From an uncultured Gammaproteobacteria bacterium (GTDB lineage: Bacteria; Pseudomonadota; Gammaproteobacteria; JADZEE01): a DNA stretch of 44,315 nucleotides. Shown here one piece after another: positions 25,398 to 35,778 of the stretch (its first letter is position 1; each line of letters opens with the position of its first letter). The notes below the pieces were generated by a model. The model had not been told where the DNA came from, did no database searches, and saw only the letters and a list, made by a program, of their open reading frames with translations. The position numbers and the translations under genes were made by a program. The stretch covers positions 1-44,315 of the forward strand of contig CAYGQN010000001.1 in NCBI GenBank assembly GCA_964351795.1, written 5' to 3'.

Positions 25398-26761
25398 CCC
25401 AACGATCAATCAATCCTGCCACGGGTGAGCAGATGGAGGTCGTCCAGACCCTGGGCCGCGAGGAAATAGAACAGGCACTGCGCCAGGTGTCCACGGCTGC
25501 CCCCCGATGGGCGATCGAGCCCTTGACGGAACGCTGTGGGCTATTGGCAAGGATGGCGGGGTATCTGCGGGAGCAAAGTGGCGATCTTGCCCGTCTCATG
25601 AGCCGGGAGATGGGCAAGCTGGTAACCGAGGCCGAAGCCGAGGTGAAGAAATGTGCCTGGGTCTGCGACCACTACGCCGAACACGCTCAGACCTACCTGG
25701 ACGACAAGGCCCTGGAGTCAGATGGCAGTCGCAGCCTGCTGGCATTCCAGCCTCTGGGGACAGTGTTGGCCATCATGCCGTGGAATTTCCCTCTGTGGCA
25801 GCTCTTCCGCTGTGCGGCGCCCGCCATCGCCGCCGGCAACACGATGCTCCTCAAGCACGCCTCCAACGTGCCCCGGTGCGCCCTGGCCATCGAAGGACTG
25901 TTCCAGGATGTCGGGGCTCCGCCTGGACTGTTCCGCAGCCTGATCATCGACAGTGATCAGGCGGGGGATCTCATCGCCGATGCCCGGGTTCATGGTGTCA
26001 GCCTCACGGGCAGCGAGGCCGCGGGACGCAAGGTGGCGGCCCAGGCAGGGAGCCATCTCAAAAAGCTGGTTCTGGAACTCGGAGGCTCCGATGCCTTCGT
26101 AGTGCTGGAGGACGCCGACGTGGCAGAGGCGGCGCAGGTGGCGGTGAAGTCACGTTTTCAGAACTGTGGTCAGAGTTGCATCGCCGCCAAGCGATTCATC
26201 GTGGCGGAAGCCGTTGTCGAAGAGTTCATAGCCCGCTTCATAGAAGGGGCAAGCGCCCTCGAGCCCGGCGATCCCCTTGATACCGATACCACCCTGGCGC
26301 CCATGGCCCGCGAGGACCTGCGCGATGACCTCCACAAGCAGGTCACGGACAGCGTCGCAGCGGGTGCCGAGATACTCACCGGCGGCAGTGCAGTCAGCGA
26401 CCGGCCGGGCTGGTACTACGCCCCTACGGTGCTGGACAACGTTGGGCCGGGCATGCCGGCCTACCACGACGAGCTCTTCGGGCCCGTGGCCGCGATCATT
26501 CGCGCCCGTGACGAGGACGATGCCCTTGCCATCGCGAACGACAGCCGCTTCGGCCTTGGTGGCAGTGTATGGACCGCGGACACATCCCGGGGCGAAGGCT
26601 TCGCCCGGCGTCTTGCCTGCGGCAGCGCCTTCGTCAACGGCCTGGTGAAAAGTGATCCGCGACTGCCGTTCGGCGGCATCAAGGACTCGGGCTACGGTCG
26701 AGAACTCTCCCGGTTGGGGATCCGCGAGTTCGTCAACGCCAAGACCCTCTGGGTCAAATAA
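25394..26761 (+). CDS. NAD(P)+-dependent aldehyde dehydrogenase (succinate-semialdehyde dehydrogenase-like)
   Basis: ALDH motifs: WNFPLWQ, LELGGSDAFVV (catalytic Glu), FQNCGQSCIAAKRF (catalytic Cys), EELFGPV. Confidence 0.9.
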   Translation: MTQRSINPATGEQMEVVQTLGREEIEQALRQVSTAAPRWAIEPLTERCGLLARMAGYLREQSGDLARLMSREMGKLVTEAEAEVKKCAWVCDHYAEHAQTYLDDKALESDGSRSLLAFQPLGTVLAIMPWNFPLWQLFRCAAPAIAAGNTMLLKHASNVPRCALAIEGLFQDVGAPPGLFRSLIIDSDQAGDLIADARVHGVSLTGSEAAGRKVAAQAGSHLKKLVLELGGSDAFVVLEDADVAEAAQVAVKSRFQNCGQSCIAAKRFIVAEAVVEEFIARFIEGASALEPGDPLDTDTTLAPMAREDLRDDLHKQVTDSVAAGAEILTGGSAVSDRPGWYYAPTVLDNVGPGMPAYHDELFGPVAAIIRARDEDDALAIANDSRFGLGGSVWTADTSRGEGFARRLACGSAFVNGLVKSDPRLPFGGIKDSGYGRELSRLGIREFVNAKTLWVK

Positions 26762-26789
26762 ACCCACGCACAAACCCCAGGAGCCTGTC

Positions 26790-27455
26790 ATGGAACACCG
26801 CGTGAACCTTCTGATGTCCGAGTTCGTCACCCACGACGTGAAACGCTTTATTGTCACCCGCCCCGAGGGCTTCAGCTTCGAGCCGGGCGAGGGCGTGGAA
26901 CTGGCCATAGACCATCCCGACTGGAAAGACGAAAGCCGGCCCTTCACCCCCACCTCTCTCGCTGGAGATGGTGTCCTCGAGTTCACCATCAAAGGCTATC
27001 CCGCCCGCGAAGGCGTAACCGCGGCCCTCCATGACCTCGCACCTGGGGCCGGGCTGCTCCTGTCTGCCCCCTTTGGCACCATCCGCCACAAAGGACCCGG
27101 TGTCTTCATCGCCGGTGGTGCCGGGGTAACGCCTTTCATCGCCATTCTGCGCAGCCTGGCACGCGATGGGGCCGCCGGCGGACATCGCCTGCTGTTCTCC
27201 AACAAGACCCCTGCGGATGTCATCTGCGAAAAGGAGTTCCGCCACATCCTCGGCGACGATTGCGTCCTCACCTGTACCGACGAGGACGCGCCCGGCTATG
27301 CCCACCGACTTATCGACCACGACTTTCTGAAAGAGCATGTGACGGATTTCGACCAGAATTTCTATGTCTGCGGTCCGCCCGCTTTCAACGAGGCCGTGAA
27401 CGAGGCTCTCACGACCCTCGGAGCCAACCCCGATCTGCTGGTGTTCGAGGAGTAG
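26790..27455 (+). CDS. ferredoxin-NADP reductase-like FAD/NAD(P)-binding oxidoreductase
   Basis: CAGGAG RBS before the ATG at 26790. FAD-binding RPFTPTS, NAD-binding FIAGGAGVTPFIAILR, C-terminal FYVCGPPAF. The ORF-track start at 26652 overlaps the upstream gene. Confidence 0.85.
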   Translation: MEHRVNLLMSEFVTHDVKRFIVTRPEGFSFEPGEGVELAIDHPDWKDESRPFTPTSLAGDGVLEFTIKGYPAREGVTAALHDLAPGAGLLLSAPFGTIRHKGPGVFIAGGAGVTPFIAILRSLARDGAAGGHRLLFSNKTPADVICEKEFRHILGDDCVLTCTDEDAPGYAHRLIDHDFLKEHVTDFDQNFYVCGPPAFNEAVNEALTTLGANPDLLVFEE

Positions 27456-27642
27456 GGGCGGGGCGTCTCGAATCGACGCAGGTACCGAACCTGCACAGAA
27501 CAAGGATTCCTTCATCGCTTCCCGAAAGTGGGTCAGCGGCATGGAATTTTCCTTGATACCCGTACCTGTCACCTCATGCAATGACCGGCCAGCAGTGTAG
27601 CTGGCAGCGCTGTCGTTGCCTGTCTGTAAAGAGGAGAACATC

Positions 27643-28509
27643 ATGAACGGCAAACCAAAACCGCCCTTCCCGCCTCAGGATATGGAACCACCCGGCCTTG
27701 AGGACGAGATGACGCCAGGTCCTCGTTTCGAGGCGCCGGCCTACAGAGCGGCAGGGAAGCTCGAAGGCAAGGTTGCGCTAGTCACGGGCGGCGATTCCGG
27801 CATCGGGCGGGCTGTCGCCGTGCTTTTCGCCCGTGAGGGCGCTGACGTTGCATTGGTGTATCTGCACGAGGAACAGAAGGATGCGGATGACACGAAGAAT
27901 GAAATCGAGTCGCACAACCGACGCGTTTTGCTGATCCCCGGTGATGTCTCATCGCCGGATTTTTGCGCTGATGCTGTCGCCCGGGTTCTGTCCGGGCTGG
28001 GACGACTGGACATCCTGGTCAACAACGCGGCCTACCAGAAGCATCGCGCCGATGTGGCGGATGTTTCCGTGGAACAATGGGAAAACACGTTCGACACCAA
28101 CGTTCTCGGCTATTTCCTCATGTCCAAACATGCGCTGGAGCATCTGCCCGCTGGTGGCGCAATTATCAACACTGGCTCGATTACGGGCCTTGAGGGAAGT
28201 CCTGCACTTCTGGACTACGCATCGACCAAAGGCGCGATTCATGCATTCACAAAGTCGCTGGCCAAGAATGTTGTCGAACGCGGCATCCGCGTGAACTGCG
28301 TTGCGCCAGGACCTGTCTGGACGCCATTGAACCCGGCGGAGCGCAGCGATGAAGATATCAAGGATTTCGGTGCCGGCACGCCGCTGGGTCGTCCGGCACA
28401 ACCGGAGGAAATCGCGCCATCGTTCGTTTTTTTTGCAAGCGCTGCGGATTCAGGATACATCAGCGGCCATGTATTGCCCTTATTGGGCGGAGATACGACG
28501 GCAGGCTAG
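27643..28509 (+). CDS. short-chain dehydrogenase/reductase of the YghA/YdaD (general stress protein 39)-like type
   Basis: GAGGAG RBS. N-terminal extension PPQDMEPPGLEDEMTPGP, then KVALVTGGDSGIGRAV, NNAA and YASTKGA (YxxxK). Confidence 0.88.
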   Translation: MNGKPKPPFPPQDMEPPGLEDEMTPGPRFEAPAYRAAGKLEGKVALVTGGDSGIGRAVAVLFAREGADVALVYLHEEQKDADDTKNEIESHNRRVLLIPGDVSSPDFCADAVARVLSGLGRLDILVNNAAYQKHRADVADVSVEQWENTFDTNVLGYFLMSKHALEHLPAGGAIINTGSITGLEGSPALLDYASTKGAIHAFTKSLAKNVVERGIRVNCVAPGPVWTPLNPAERSDEDIKDFGAGTPLGRPAQPEEIAPSFVFFASAADSGYISGHVLPLLGGDTTAG

Positions 28510-28767
28510 CGCCTTTGATGATTCTCGCAAGTGGCGTGGCGCTCTCCAGGGCGCTCACACTGGTTGCGGTTGGAACAACTGGCAAAAAGCATCAGAGCGC
28601 CTTGCACCGGAGTGAATGGAAAGCCCGCGACCGTAGCGACCCCTGGCGCCACACGAAGACCGTGAGTGGATCACGAGACACACTGATGTGCCGTGAACCC
28701 GGCCAGTGACAGTCGGGCGGACAGGGGTGGCTCAGGACCAACAAGACGCAGGCCTGGCGTTCCATTG

Positions 28768-28803
28768 CCCCCCCTGCAGAGTTGGTAACCGTCTGCAGGG
28801 GGG
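28768..28803. terminator. strong hairpin between convergent genes (candidate bidirectional terminator, no U-tract)
   Basis: CCCCCCTGCAGA (28769-28780), an 11-nt loop, then TCTGCAGGGGGG (28792-28803): a perfect 12-bp stem. It lies 49 nt beyond the katG stop on the minus strand. Confidence 0.5.
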
Positions 28804-28851
28804 ATCCACATCCCTGACCGGCTTTGCATTCTCGATAATGTGCGCACGGCC

Positions 28852-31110
28852 CTATGTCTTGAGATCAAATCGGTCGAGCATCATGACCTTCGACCACGCC
28901 GCCACGAAATCCCTCACTAAACGCTGTTCTCCGTCCGCGCCACTGTAGAGTTCAGCAACCTGCCGCAGTTCAGCATTGGCACCAAAAATCAGGTCACAAC
29001 GGGTAGCGGTATACTTTTTCTCCCCACTGACGCGCTCGACAATATCGAAGAGCATCTCCTGGTCGTCCTTCGGCTCCCAGCGATAGTCCATTGACACGAG
29101 CACCTTGAAAAAATCATTTGTCAGGATGCCGCGGCGATTGGTGAACACGCCATGGTCCGAGCCGTCGAAATTCTGGTCAAGAACCCGAAGCCCGCCGGTC
29201 AGAGCTGTCCATTCCGGTGCGCTGAGCGATAGTAATGCTGCCCGGTCGAGAAAAATGTGTTCGGGCGCGACCTTATAGCCGACATCGGTATTGTGATAGT
29301 TGCGAAAGCCATCCGACACCGGCTCAAGCCAGCGAAAGCTTTCAACGTCTGTCTGCTCGCTGGTCGAGTCCATGCGGCCAGGAACAAAGGGGACGGTGAT
29401 GTCATAACCGGCATCGTGCGCTGCCTTCTCGATCGCCGCGGCACCGCCGAGAACAATCAGATCGGCCATCGAGATCTTTGTGCCGTCTGAGCCGGTACGG
29501 TCGAAATCCGATTTCACTTCCTGCAGCACCGCGAGGACGCGGGCAAGTTGTTCCGGATTGTTCACCGTCCAGTCTTTCTGAGGAGCAAGCCGGACCCGTG
29601 CGCCATTCGCACCGCCGCGTTTGTCAGTGTCGCGATAGGTGGAAGCCGAGGCCCAGGCCGCCGCCACGAGCTCCCGAACCGGCAGCCCGGTTGCGAGTAC
29701 TCTGGCCTTCAGGTCCGCAACATCATTCGGGCCGACCAGCACATGGTCCACTGCCGGGATCGGGTCCTGCCAGATGAAATCCTCGCCCACATCAGGACCA
29801 ATGTAGCGGGACTTCGGACCCATGTCGCGGTGGATGAGTTTGTGCCAGGCTTTCGAGAATGCCTCCGTGAAGTAGTCGAAATCCGCGAGGAACTTCTCAC
29901 AGACCTTGCGGTACTCCGGATCGACCTTGAAGGCGATGTCCGTGGTCATCATCATCAGCGCGTTCATCTGCCCCTCTACATGGGCATCCGGCGTCTTGGG
30001 CGCGTCGGGATCCTTCGGTGTCCACTGGATTGCGCCTACCGGGCTCTGCGTCTGTTCCCACTCGTATTTGAAGAGGTTTTCAAGGTATGAATTGTCCCAG
30101 CGCGTCGGATCGGGCGTCCATGCGCCCTCGATACCATTCGTCATGGTGTACTGCGCAAAGCCGGTGCCGTTGGGATTTTGCCAACCTAGACCCATGGCCT
30201 TGATTGGCGCGCCTTCGGGTGCGGGGCCGATATCCTCCGGAGAGGTCTTGCCGTGGGATTTTCCGAAGGCGTGACCGCCGGCCACGAGCGCGACCGTTTC
30301 CTCGTCGTTCATCGCCATTCGGGCGAAGCTCTCACGAATGTCGCGGGCCGCGTCCATCGGCTCACCGTTGCCGTAGGGCCCCTCCGGATTGACGTAGATC
30401 AGCGCCTGATGCGTAGCACCCAGTGGATTCTCAAGGTCGTAGTAATCAGATTTGACGTCACCTTCCCAGCGCTCATCACGGGTAACCATGCGGTCCGGGT
30501 CGGCGCCATTGTTGGATTTCCAGCCCTCGGGCCCCCAGTAGGTAGCGCGATCGGACTCCCAGGCATCGAGACGTCCGAAGGCAAACCCTTGCAGCGGCAG
30601 CCCCATGTCCTCCAGGGCGACAGTGCCTGCAAGCATCATCAGGTCGGCCCAACTGAGGCACGAACCGTACTTCTGCTTGATCGGCAGAAGAAGACGGCGA
30701 GACTTGTCAGTGTTGCCGTTATCCCACCACGAGTTGATCGGCGCGAAGCGCTGCAGACCCTGCCCCGCTCCACCGCGGCCGTCGGCGATTCGGTAGGTGC
30801 CCGCCGAGTGCCACGACATTCGAACCATCTGAGGGCCGTAGTGGCCGTAATCGGATGGCCACCAATCCACCGAGGAATTCAGCAAAGCGCGCACATCAGC
30901 CTTCAACTGCTCGTAGTCCACCTTCTCAAACGCCTTGGCATAGTCGAAGTCTGTACCGAGTGGATTCGCCTGGGGTGGATCCTGATGCAACAACTCCACT
31001 TTCAGCCGGTTCGGCCACCAATGATCCAGTTGCGGCTCCGAGCCGATAGCGCCACCGACGCGCGTTCCGCGAAACGGGCAGGCGCCCTGAGTTGCTTCGT
31101 GTGCTTTCAT
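28852..31110 (-). CDS. katG: bifunctional catalase-peroxidase
   Basis: 752 aa. [11 protein letters not shown] (distal His), [10 protein letters not shown] (proximal His), duplicated peroxidase domains. GGAGG RBS before the ATG at 31110. Confidence 0.95.
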   Translation of the reverse strand: MKAHEATQGACPFRGTRVGGAIGSEPQLDHWWPNRLKVELLHQDPPQANPLGTDFDYAKAFEKVDYEQLKADVRALLNSSVDWWPSDYGHYGPQMVRMSWHSAGTYRIADGRGGAGQGLQRFAPINSWWDNGNTDKSRRLLLPIKQKYGSCLSWADLMMLAGTVALEDMGLPLQGFAFGRLDAWESDRATYWGPEGWKSNNGADPDRMVTRDERWEGDVKSDYYDLENPLGATHQALIYVNPEGPYGNGEPMDAARDIRESFARMAMNDEETVALVAGGHAFGKSHGKTSPEDIGPAPEGAPIKAMGLGWQNPNGTGFAQYTMTNGIEGAWTPDPTRWDNSYLENLFKYEWEQTQSPVGAIQWTPKDPDAPKTPDAHVEGQMNALMMMTTDIAFKVDPEYRKVCEKFLADFDYFTEAFSKAWHKLIHRDMGPKSRYIGPDVGEDFIWQDPIPAVDHVLVGPNDVADLKARVLATGLPVRELVAAAWASASTYRDTDKRGGANGARVRLAPQKDWTVNNPEQLARVLAVLQEVKSDFDRTGSDGTKISMADLIVLGGAAAIEKAAHDAGYDITVPFVPGRMDSTSEQTDVESFRWLEPVSDGFRNYHNTDVGYKVAPEHIFLDRAALLSLSAPEWTALTGGLRVLDQNFDGSDHGVFTNRRGILTNDFFKVLVSMDYRWEPKDDQEMLFDIVERVSGEKKYTATRCDLIFGANAELRQVAELYSGADGEQRLVRDFVAAWSKVMMLDRFDLKT

Positions 31111-32867
31111 TAGTCAGCCTCCGTTTTAGCTGTGTTGATTCCAGTCGAAATTTTTCGGGGGGCGCGTTGGATCACCTGAGTGAGGATTCCCACTGGTCAA
31201 TGTCGAACCCTGCTCCTGGCTGGCGATGCTCCAGTTGTCAGTCATGACGGGCGGGCCTCAAGGCCCGAGCCTCGCCAGAGTCGCTCTGCCCGGGTTGTAC
31301 GAGAGCGGCTATCAGGCGGTGTCGTTCGCTCTGGTTCCCGGCCGTACAAAGCGGAGCCAACTGGTCTGGCTCGCCAGTTGTTTCTCGCAGAGCAGCCGGT
31401 GTGATCGATACGCCTGTCCCCACGAAGCCTTGTCGGACCGATCTGTGACGTGGGCACCACAGCCGCCCGGCGGGCGCTCCGGCCCCGCGGCCGACATGCC
31501 CGCAACGGGCAGGCGTCTGCGTGTTTCGAGTCGTCGACCGTGTATCGCAGGCGCCCAGTGGTCCTTGCTTGCAGCCCCTACGCGATTGGTCCTTGGCACA
31601 AACGCATAGTCCGAGTGCGGGTTCGTGCGCCTGGATGGCAGTGCGGGTCCTGGGACAGCCGACCGTTCAACGGGTGGCTGCGCCGCCTCGGCCAGCAAGT
31701 GCCTGGCATAAAGCAATCGCATACTCGCTTGCGATGCAATCTGCGTGCCGGCCGCTTTGACCTGATGCGAGACCGCGGGCTACCGGGATCACCCAACCTT
31801 GTGCGCCGCTGGCATGAGAAGCTCAGCAGAGATCGGCAAAACATGACAGCCCGACCAGCAGGCGCTGGCGTGAGCCGAGTCCCGATGTGAATGCTGATTT
31901 TGGGCCCTGTTGCGAATTGCGTGTCGCGCTCCTTCGTTGACCGGGTACCTCTCCATAGGCTTATGAATTCCGGCCTCCGGGTCGCGCCACCAAGCGAGGA
32001 GATTGGCCAGGGCGCTTCTTTCCGTTTGCAATTGTGTGCTGTCCTTGCGTATCACGACGGAAGCCGCACATGCTTGCGACCGGAACAATCAACAACAGCA
32101 AGACCCGATTGTCCGGTACACGACCATGAACACCCTTCCGTCGAATGATGCTGGTCTACGATTACTCTTTGCGCAGGGATGGATTCTCATTGTGTAATCC
32201 CGCTGTGCTCCAGGCATTTTCTCCGCAACAATCCCCTCCGGCTGCGTGCGGCGCTGCTGGCTGCTCCTTCCCGCGATCGCTCGCCCAGCGCACCCTGTTT
32301 CCGCGCGGCACTCGAACTCCGATGGTGACCACCGCGTCTCGCATCGTCGGGAGATGGCGCTTATTGGGTTCTCCCGTGATGCTGAGAATTCAAGCTTGCA
32401 GCGCTGGGACGTGAGGCAGATTCTGCGGATGCCAGGGATGAGTCCCGGCGGACCATGTGACGAGCACGAAGCCTGCCCACGGCGCCTGGTACGGTTGAGT
32501 GGCTACAAGCCTTTGCCATGCTGGCAGCGCGCAGCTGCTTCAAACGAAAGACCGCCTTGCCATGTTCCGATGTCCGTCCTGCGTTGTTCGACCCTGATGG
32601 TCGACCATCTTGAATGCGGACGTGGATGCATCAATCCGCTGCCGTTGACAAGAATCAAAGCAGGATTAACCGGCGGCCTCCACGGTCTGCCGATAAAGGG
32701 CGGGACGGTAAAGCTTACAACCGCATGTAAAAATTACGCCAGTAAACCTGGAGGTTTACCGGCCAAGCGGGTCGTGCCCTGGGGCAGTGGTCCAGGAGGC
32801 GGTCACCGTGATGCTTCCGTTACCGTTGGAGTTACGACGCTTCAACGAGAAAGAGGAAACCAATACG

Positions 32868-33300
32868 ATGACCAAGGTCAGCATGCCGCTGGAAGCGTTG
32901 TTTGAAAAAGGCGAGGATGCAGATTCCGTCCGCGAGATGATCGCGTTCATGGCCCACGGTACGTGTGGCTGGATGCGACCTGCGTGAAGGTACGCGAGGC
33001 CGGCCGCATCGTGTCGGTGGCCACGATACTCGCCGTCGGCGTGAACGGCGACGGCCGTCGGGAGGTTGTAGGGCCTGGCCGTGGGGCCGTCGCCACCGTT
33101 CCCCGCCCATGCGCGCCTCGCTCAAGGTTCAAGTGGCGCCGGGTATAGCCCGCCGCCCATCCACCCGGCGGCCCGGCCGGGTGTGCATTGGTGGTGTTCG
33201 GGCCTGCACCGATCGCACGGGTGGCGACCTTCGGGCCGGGGCGCAAGCGGAAAACCGTATGCTGCATTGGTGCCGTGCAGCGCGGCTGTATCCACGGATG
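32868..33300 (+). pseudogene. degraded IS256-family (Mutator-type) transposase gene: internal deletion plus frameshifts
   Basis: AGAGGA RBS plus MTKVSMPLEALFEKGEDADSVREMIAFMA (N-terminal region). This joins directly to WLDATCVKVREAGRIVSVATILAVGVNGDGRREVVG, the YLWLDATY.KVRE...DGRRE core. About 150 aa expected between these two segments are missing. Downstream similarity (GLAVGPS..., GAVQRGCIH for WQRC..H) is scattered over different frames. The end coordinate is approximate. Confidence 0.65.
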
Positions 33301-33478
33301 ACGATCCTGTTCCCGGCAGCCGGGCGGCCAGCGCGACGCTCGCGGCGCCACGCGCTGACGGCGGGGCCGGGTCGGGGATGGATGCCGACCGCCGCCAGTG
33401 TCATGCTCCGGGCTCTCCCGTGCCAGGGCCTGGCGCCCGATGCACGCGCCCGTGTCACACCAAGCGAGGGAAACCAGC

Positions 33479-33838
33479 ATGAGCAACGACGACATCGCAC
33501 AGATCAAGGCAACGCTGCAGCACTATATCGACGGCGCGAAGGCCGGCAAAGGCGCGCTCATGAAGCCCGCATTTCACGACGACGCGACGATTTTCGGCTA
33601 CATCGGCAGCGACCTGTTCTGCGGCCCCATCCAGAAGCTGTTCGACTGGAACGACCAGAACGGCCCCGCCAGCGACATCGTCACCGATATCGCGGCCATT
33701 GATGTGGAGGGCACGGTGGCCACGGTACGGCTGGAATCGGACAACTGGACGGGCCTGAAATTCACGGACTTCTTCACCCTGCTGAAGATTGATGGGCAAT
33801 GGCAGATCATCAACAAGGTGTTCCACCTGCACGGCTAG
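33479..33838 (+). CDS. NTF2-like / SnoaL-type (putative lumazine-binding) small protein
   Basis: MSNDDIAQIKATLQHYIDGAKAGKGALMKPAFHDDATIFGY...VATVRLESDNWTGLKFTDFFTLLKIDGQWQIINKVFH matches the NTF2-fold pattern of that family. ATG at 33479. Confidence 0.75.
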   Translation: MSNDDIAQIKATLQHYIDGAKAGKGALMKPAFHDDATIFGYIGSDLFCGPIQKLFDWNDQNGPASDIVTDIAAIDVEGTVATVRLESDNWTGLKFTDFFTLLKIDGQWQIINKVFHLHG

Positions 33839-33917
33839 GGGCAGACGCATCGGGTCCCGGCCATGGCGGCTCGCCGGGCCGGGTCGCGCCGCAGGGGCGC
33901 GGGCGCGGGAGGAAGAG

Positions 33918-33951
33918 GTGCGGGGCAGGTGTTCGGGCACCTGCCCCGCAC
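33918..33951. terminator. strong hairpin between convergent genes (candidate bidirectional terminator)
   Basis: GTGCGGGGCAGGTG (33918-33931), loop TTCGGG, then CACCTGCCCCGCAC (33938-33951): a perfect 14-bp stem. It lies 9 nt beyond the stop of the minus-strand gene and 80 nt beyond the plus-strand gene. Confidence 0.55.
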
Positions 33952-33959
33952 AGACAGGC

Positions 33960-34754
33960 TCAGCGACGACGCCGGGCGACGCCTGCGCCGACGAGGCCGA
34001 CGCCGAACAGCGCCATGGCGGCCGGTTCCGGCACACTGGCGGAGCCGACGTTGGCCCAGTACGAGGTGTACTCCACCGGGTTGACGTTACCTAGGCTGGG
34101 ATCACCGAAGAAGTTGTAGGACTGCATGATCACCTCGTCGAACTGCGTGCTGCCGGTCGGCGTGGTGTCAGTGAACACGTCCACTCCGTTCACGCTGTAG
34201 ACGAAATCACTGCCATCCAGGGTGATCGACAGGCTGTTCCAGGCGTCGAAGTTCACTGCCACGCCGAGGTCCAGCCAGGTGGTGTCGTCCCAGATGCGGA
34301 AACGCGCGGTGCCGCCCAGGTTGGTGAAACCGATGATCGGGTACTTGGTGATGTTGCTGCCATCGCCCATCACACCCCACATGTCGGTGCGCACGGTGCC
34401 GCTGCCCTCGTCGGACCACTCCAGCGGGACGAACAGGTCCGCCGAGAGCGAATCCCCGGGGCCACCGGAGATGAGGTGCTTGCGGCCCTGCGTGTTGTAG
34501 AAGGTGCTGTCGAAACCGCCACCGCGGTTACCGAAACCCTCGGCCTCGCTGATGCTGATCCCCAGTACGTTGTCACGTCCCTGGAAGGTACCGACGTTTG
34601 CGAATGCGGCCGGATCGAAGCGGTCGGTGGTCCATCCCGTGGGCACATTCGCGAAATCCGGCATCAGTTCGATGGCGGCCGCGGTACCCGGAAGGAAGGT
34701 GGCGACGGCGACGAGCGACGCACAGAAGATGCTCGTGCTGGTATTTGCTTTCAT
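33960..34754 (-). CDS. PEP-CTERM sorting-domain secreted protein
   Basis: Signal peptide MKANTSTSIFCASLVAVATFLPGTAAA. C-terminus SVPEPAAMALFGVGLVGAGVARRRR has the VPEP motif, a TM helix and an Arg cluster, as in exosortase substrates. Confidence 0.88.
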   Translation of the reverse strand: MKANTSTSIFCASLVAVATFLPGTAAAIELMPDFANVPTGWTTDRFDPAAFANVGTFQGRDNVLGISISEAEGFGNRGGGFDSTFYNTQGRKHLISGGPGDSLSADLFVPLEWSDEGSGTVRTDMWGVMGDGSNITKYPIIGFTNLGGTARFRIWDDTTWLDLGVAVNFDAWNSLSITLDGSDFVYSVNGVDVFTDTTPTGSTQFDEVIMQSYNFFGDPSLGNVNPVEYTSYWANVGSASVPEPAAMALFGVGLVGAGVARRRR

Positions 34755-34897
34755 GGCTTGTCCTCAATTTTCCATCAGGTGCTGTCACGCTGCCCCGCGG
34801 GGGCAGACCGGCTACCGCGTTCCCGACTTGGGAACAATCGGCACCCGTCCACCACCTGCCAAGCAAACGGCATGCCGGTCTGACAACTAACGGAAAT

Positions 34898-35656
34898 TCA
34901 GGAAGTTGAGGGCTTTGAACGTTTGCTGCGCTGCGTATCTGTAAAAAACACTGACAGTGCGCGACACCGCGCCAGCGCATTGATGCCCGGGCCGCGGGCC
35001 ACCCACTCCGGTGGAATGTGTACGGAAGGATCCAGCTGGCTCACCGGGTTGATGCCGCTTTCGCGGATGCTCACCTGCATGGCCGTGGCCACGGTGCCGG
35101 GGCTCAGGCCCACCACGCGAATGCCCTGCGGGCCGTACTCGGCGTGGCCACTGGCCGTCAGCGACAGCACCGCTGCCTTGGTCGCGCAGTAGGCGCTCCA
35201 GCCTTCCAGGGCCTTGGTGGCCGCGCCGGAACTGATGTTGACGATGACGCCGCCCCCGGCATCCAGCATCGGCGCGATGGCCGCGCGCATGCCGTGGTAG
35301 ACACCCTTGAGGTTGATGTCCACGGCCAGCGACCACTCGCCCGGGTCCGCGTCGGCAAGGCGCGCGATGGGCTCGATGACGGCGGCGTTGTTGACGAGGA
35401 TGTGCAGGCCGCCGAAGCGGGCGAGCGCCTGCGCCACGGCGTGCTCGACATCGGCGTAGCGGGCGACGTCACCGGCGGCGGCCAGCGCGCTGCCACCGGC
35501 CGCCTCGATGTCCGCCGCGATGCGGGCGATGGCATCGCCACTGCGAGCCTGCAGCACGACGTTGGCGCCAAGGCCGGCAAAATGCCGCGCCACGGCCTCG
35601 CCGATACCGCGGCTGGCGCCGGTGACCAGCACCGTCTTGTTGCTGAACTGTGTCAT
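34898..35656 (-). CDS. short-chain dehydrogenase/reductase
   Basis: ATG at 35656 (MTQFSNKTVLVTGASRGIGEAV), NNAA, YCATKAA. The last about 30 aa (...GINALARCRALSVFFTDTQRSKRSKPSTS) look atypical for an SDR C-terminus, so the 3' end is uncertain. The ORF-track start at 36010 was not used. Confidence 0.8.
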   Translation of the reverse strand: MTQFSNKTVLVTGASRGIGEAVARHFAGLGANVVLQARSGDAIARIAADIEAAGGSALAAAGDVARYADVEHAVAQALARFGGLHILVNNAAVIEPIARLADADPGEWSLAVDINLKGVYHGMRAAIAPMLDAGGGVIVNISSGAATKALEGWSAYCATKAAVLSLTASGHAEYGPQGIRVVGLSPGTVATAMQVSIRESGINPVSQLDPSVHIPPEWVARGPGINALARCRALSVFFTDTQRSKRSKPSTS

Positions 35657-35778
35657 CGGTTCCCGCCTGCTGCCGAATGGTTTGCCATGGGCACAGCATA
35701 CTGAATCCGCGGAAAGCCCCGCCAGCCGGACGCCGCGCTGCTGCTGTGCGGCGCTGCGCAGCATCGAACGCGAGGCTG

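Noticed and set aside
26150-27653. Minus-strand ORFs 26150..26992 and 26754..27653
   Set aside because: They are antisense to the aldehyde dehydrogenase and the FNR-like reductase, both of which have clear catalytic motifs.
30253-31113. 286-aa plus-strand ORF
   Set aside because: It is antisense to katG.
32246-32905. 219-aa plus-strand ORF upstream of the IS256 remnant
   Set aside because: The translation is Arg/Cys/Pro-rich with no motifs and overlaps other equally poor ORFs. It runs into the transposase RBS region in a different frame.
32965-33702. 245-aa plus-strand ORF and overlapping ORFs 33081..33482 and 32947..33507
   Set aside because: These are out-of-frame readings through the decayed transposase and into the NTF2-like gene. 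They are explained by the pseudogene call.
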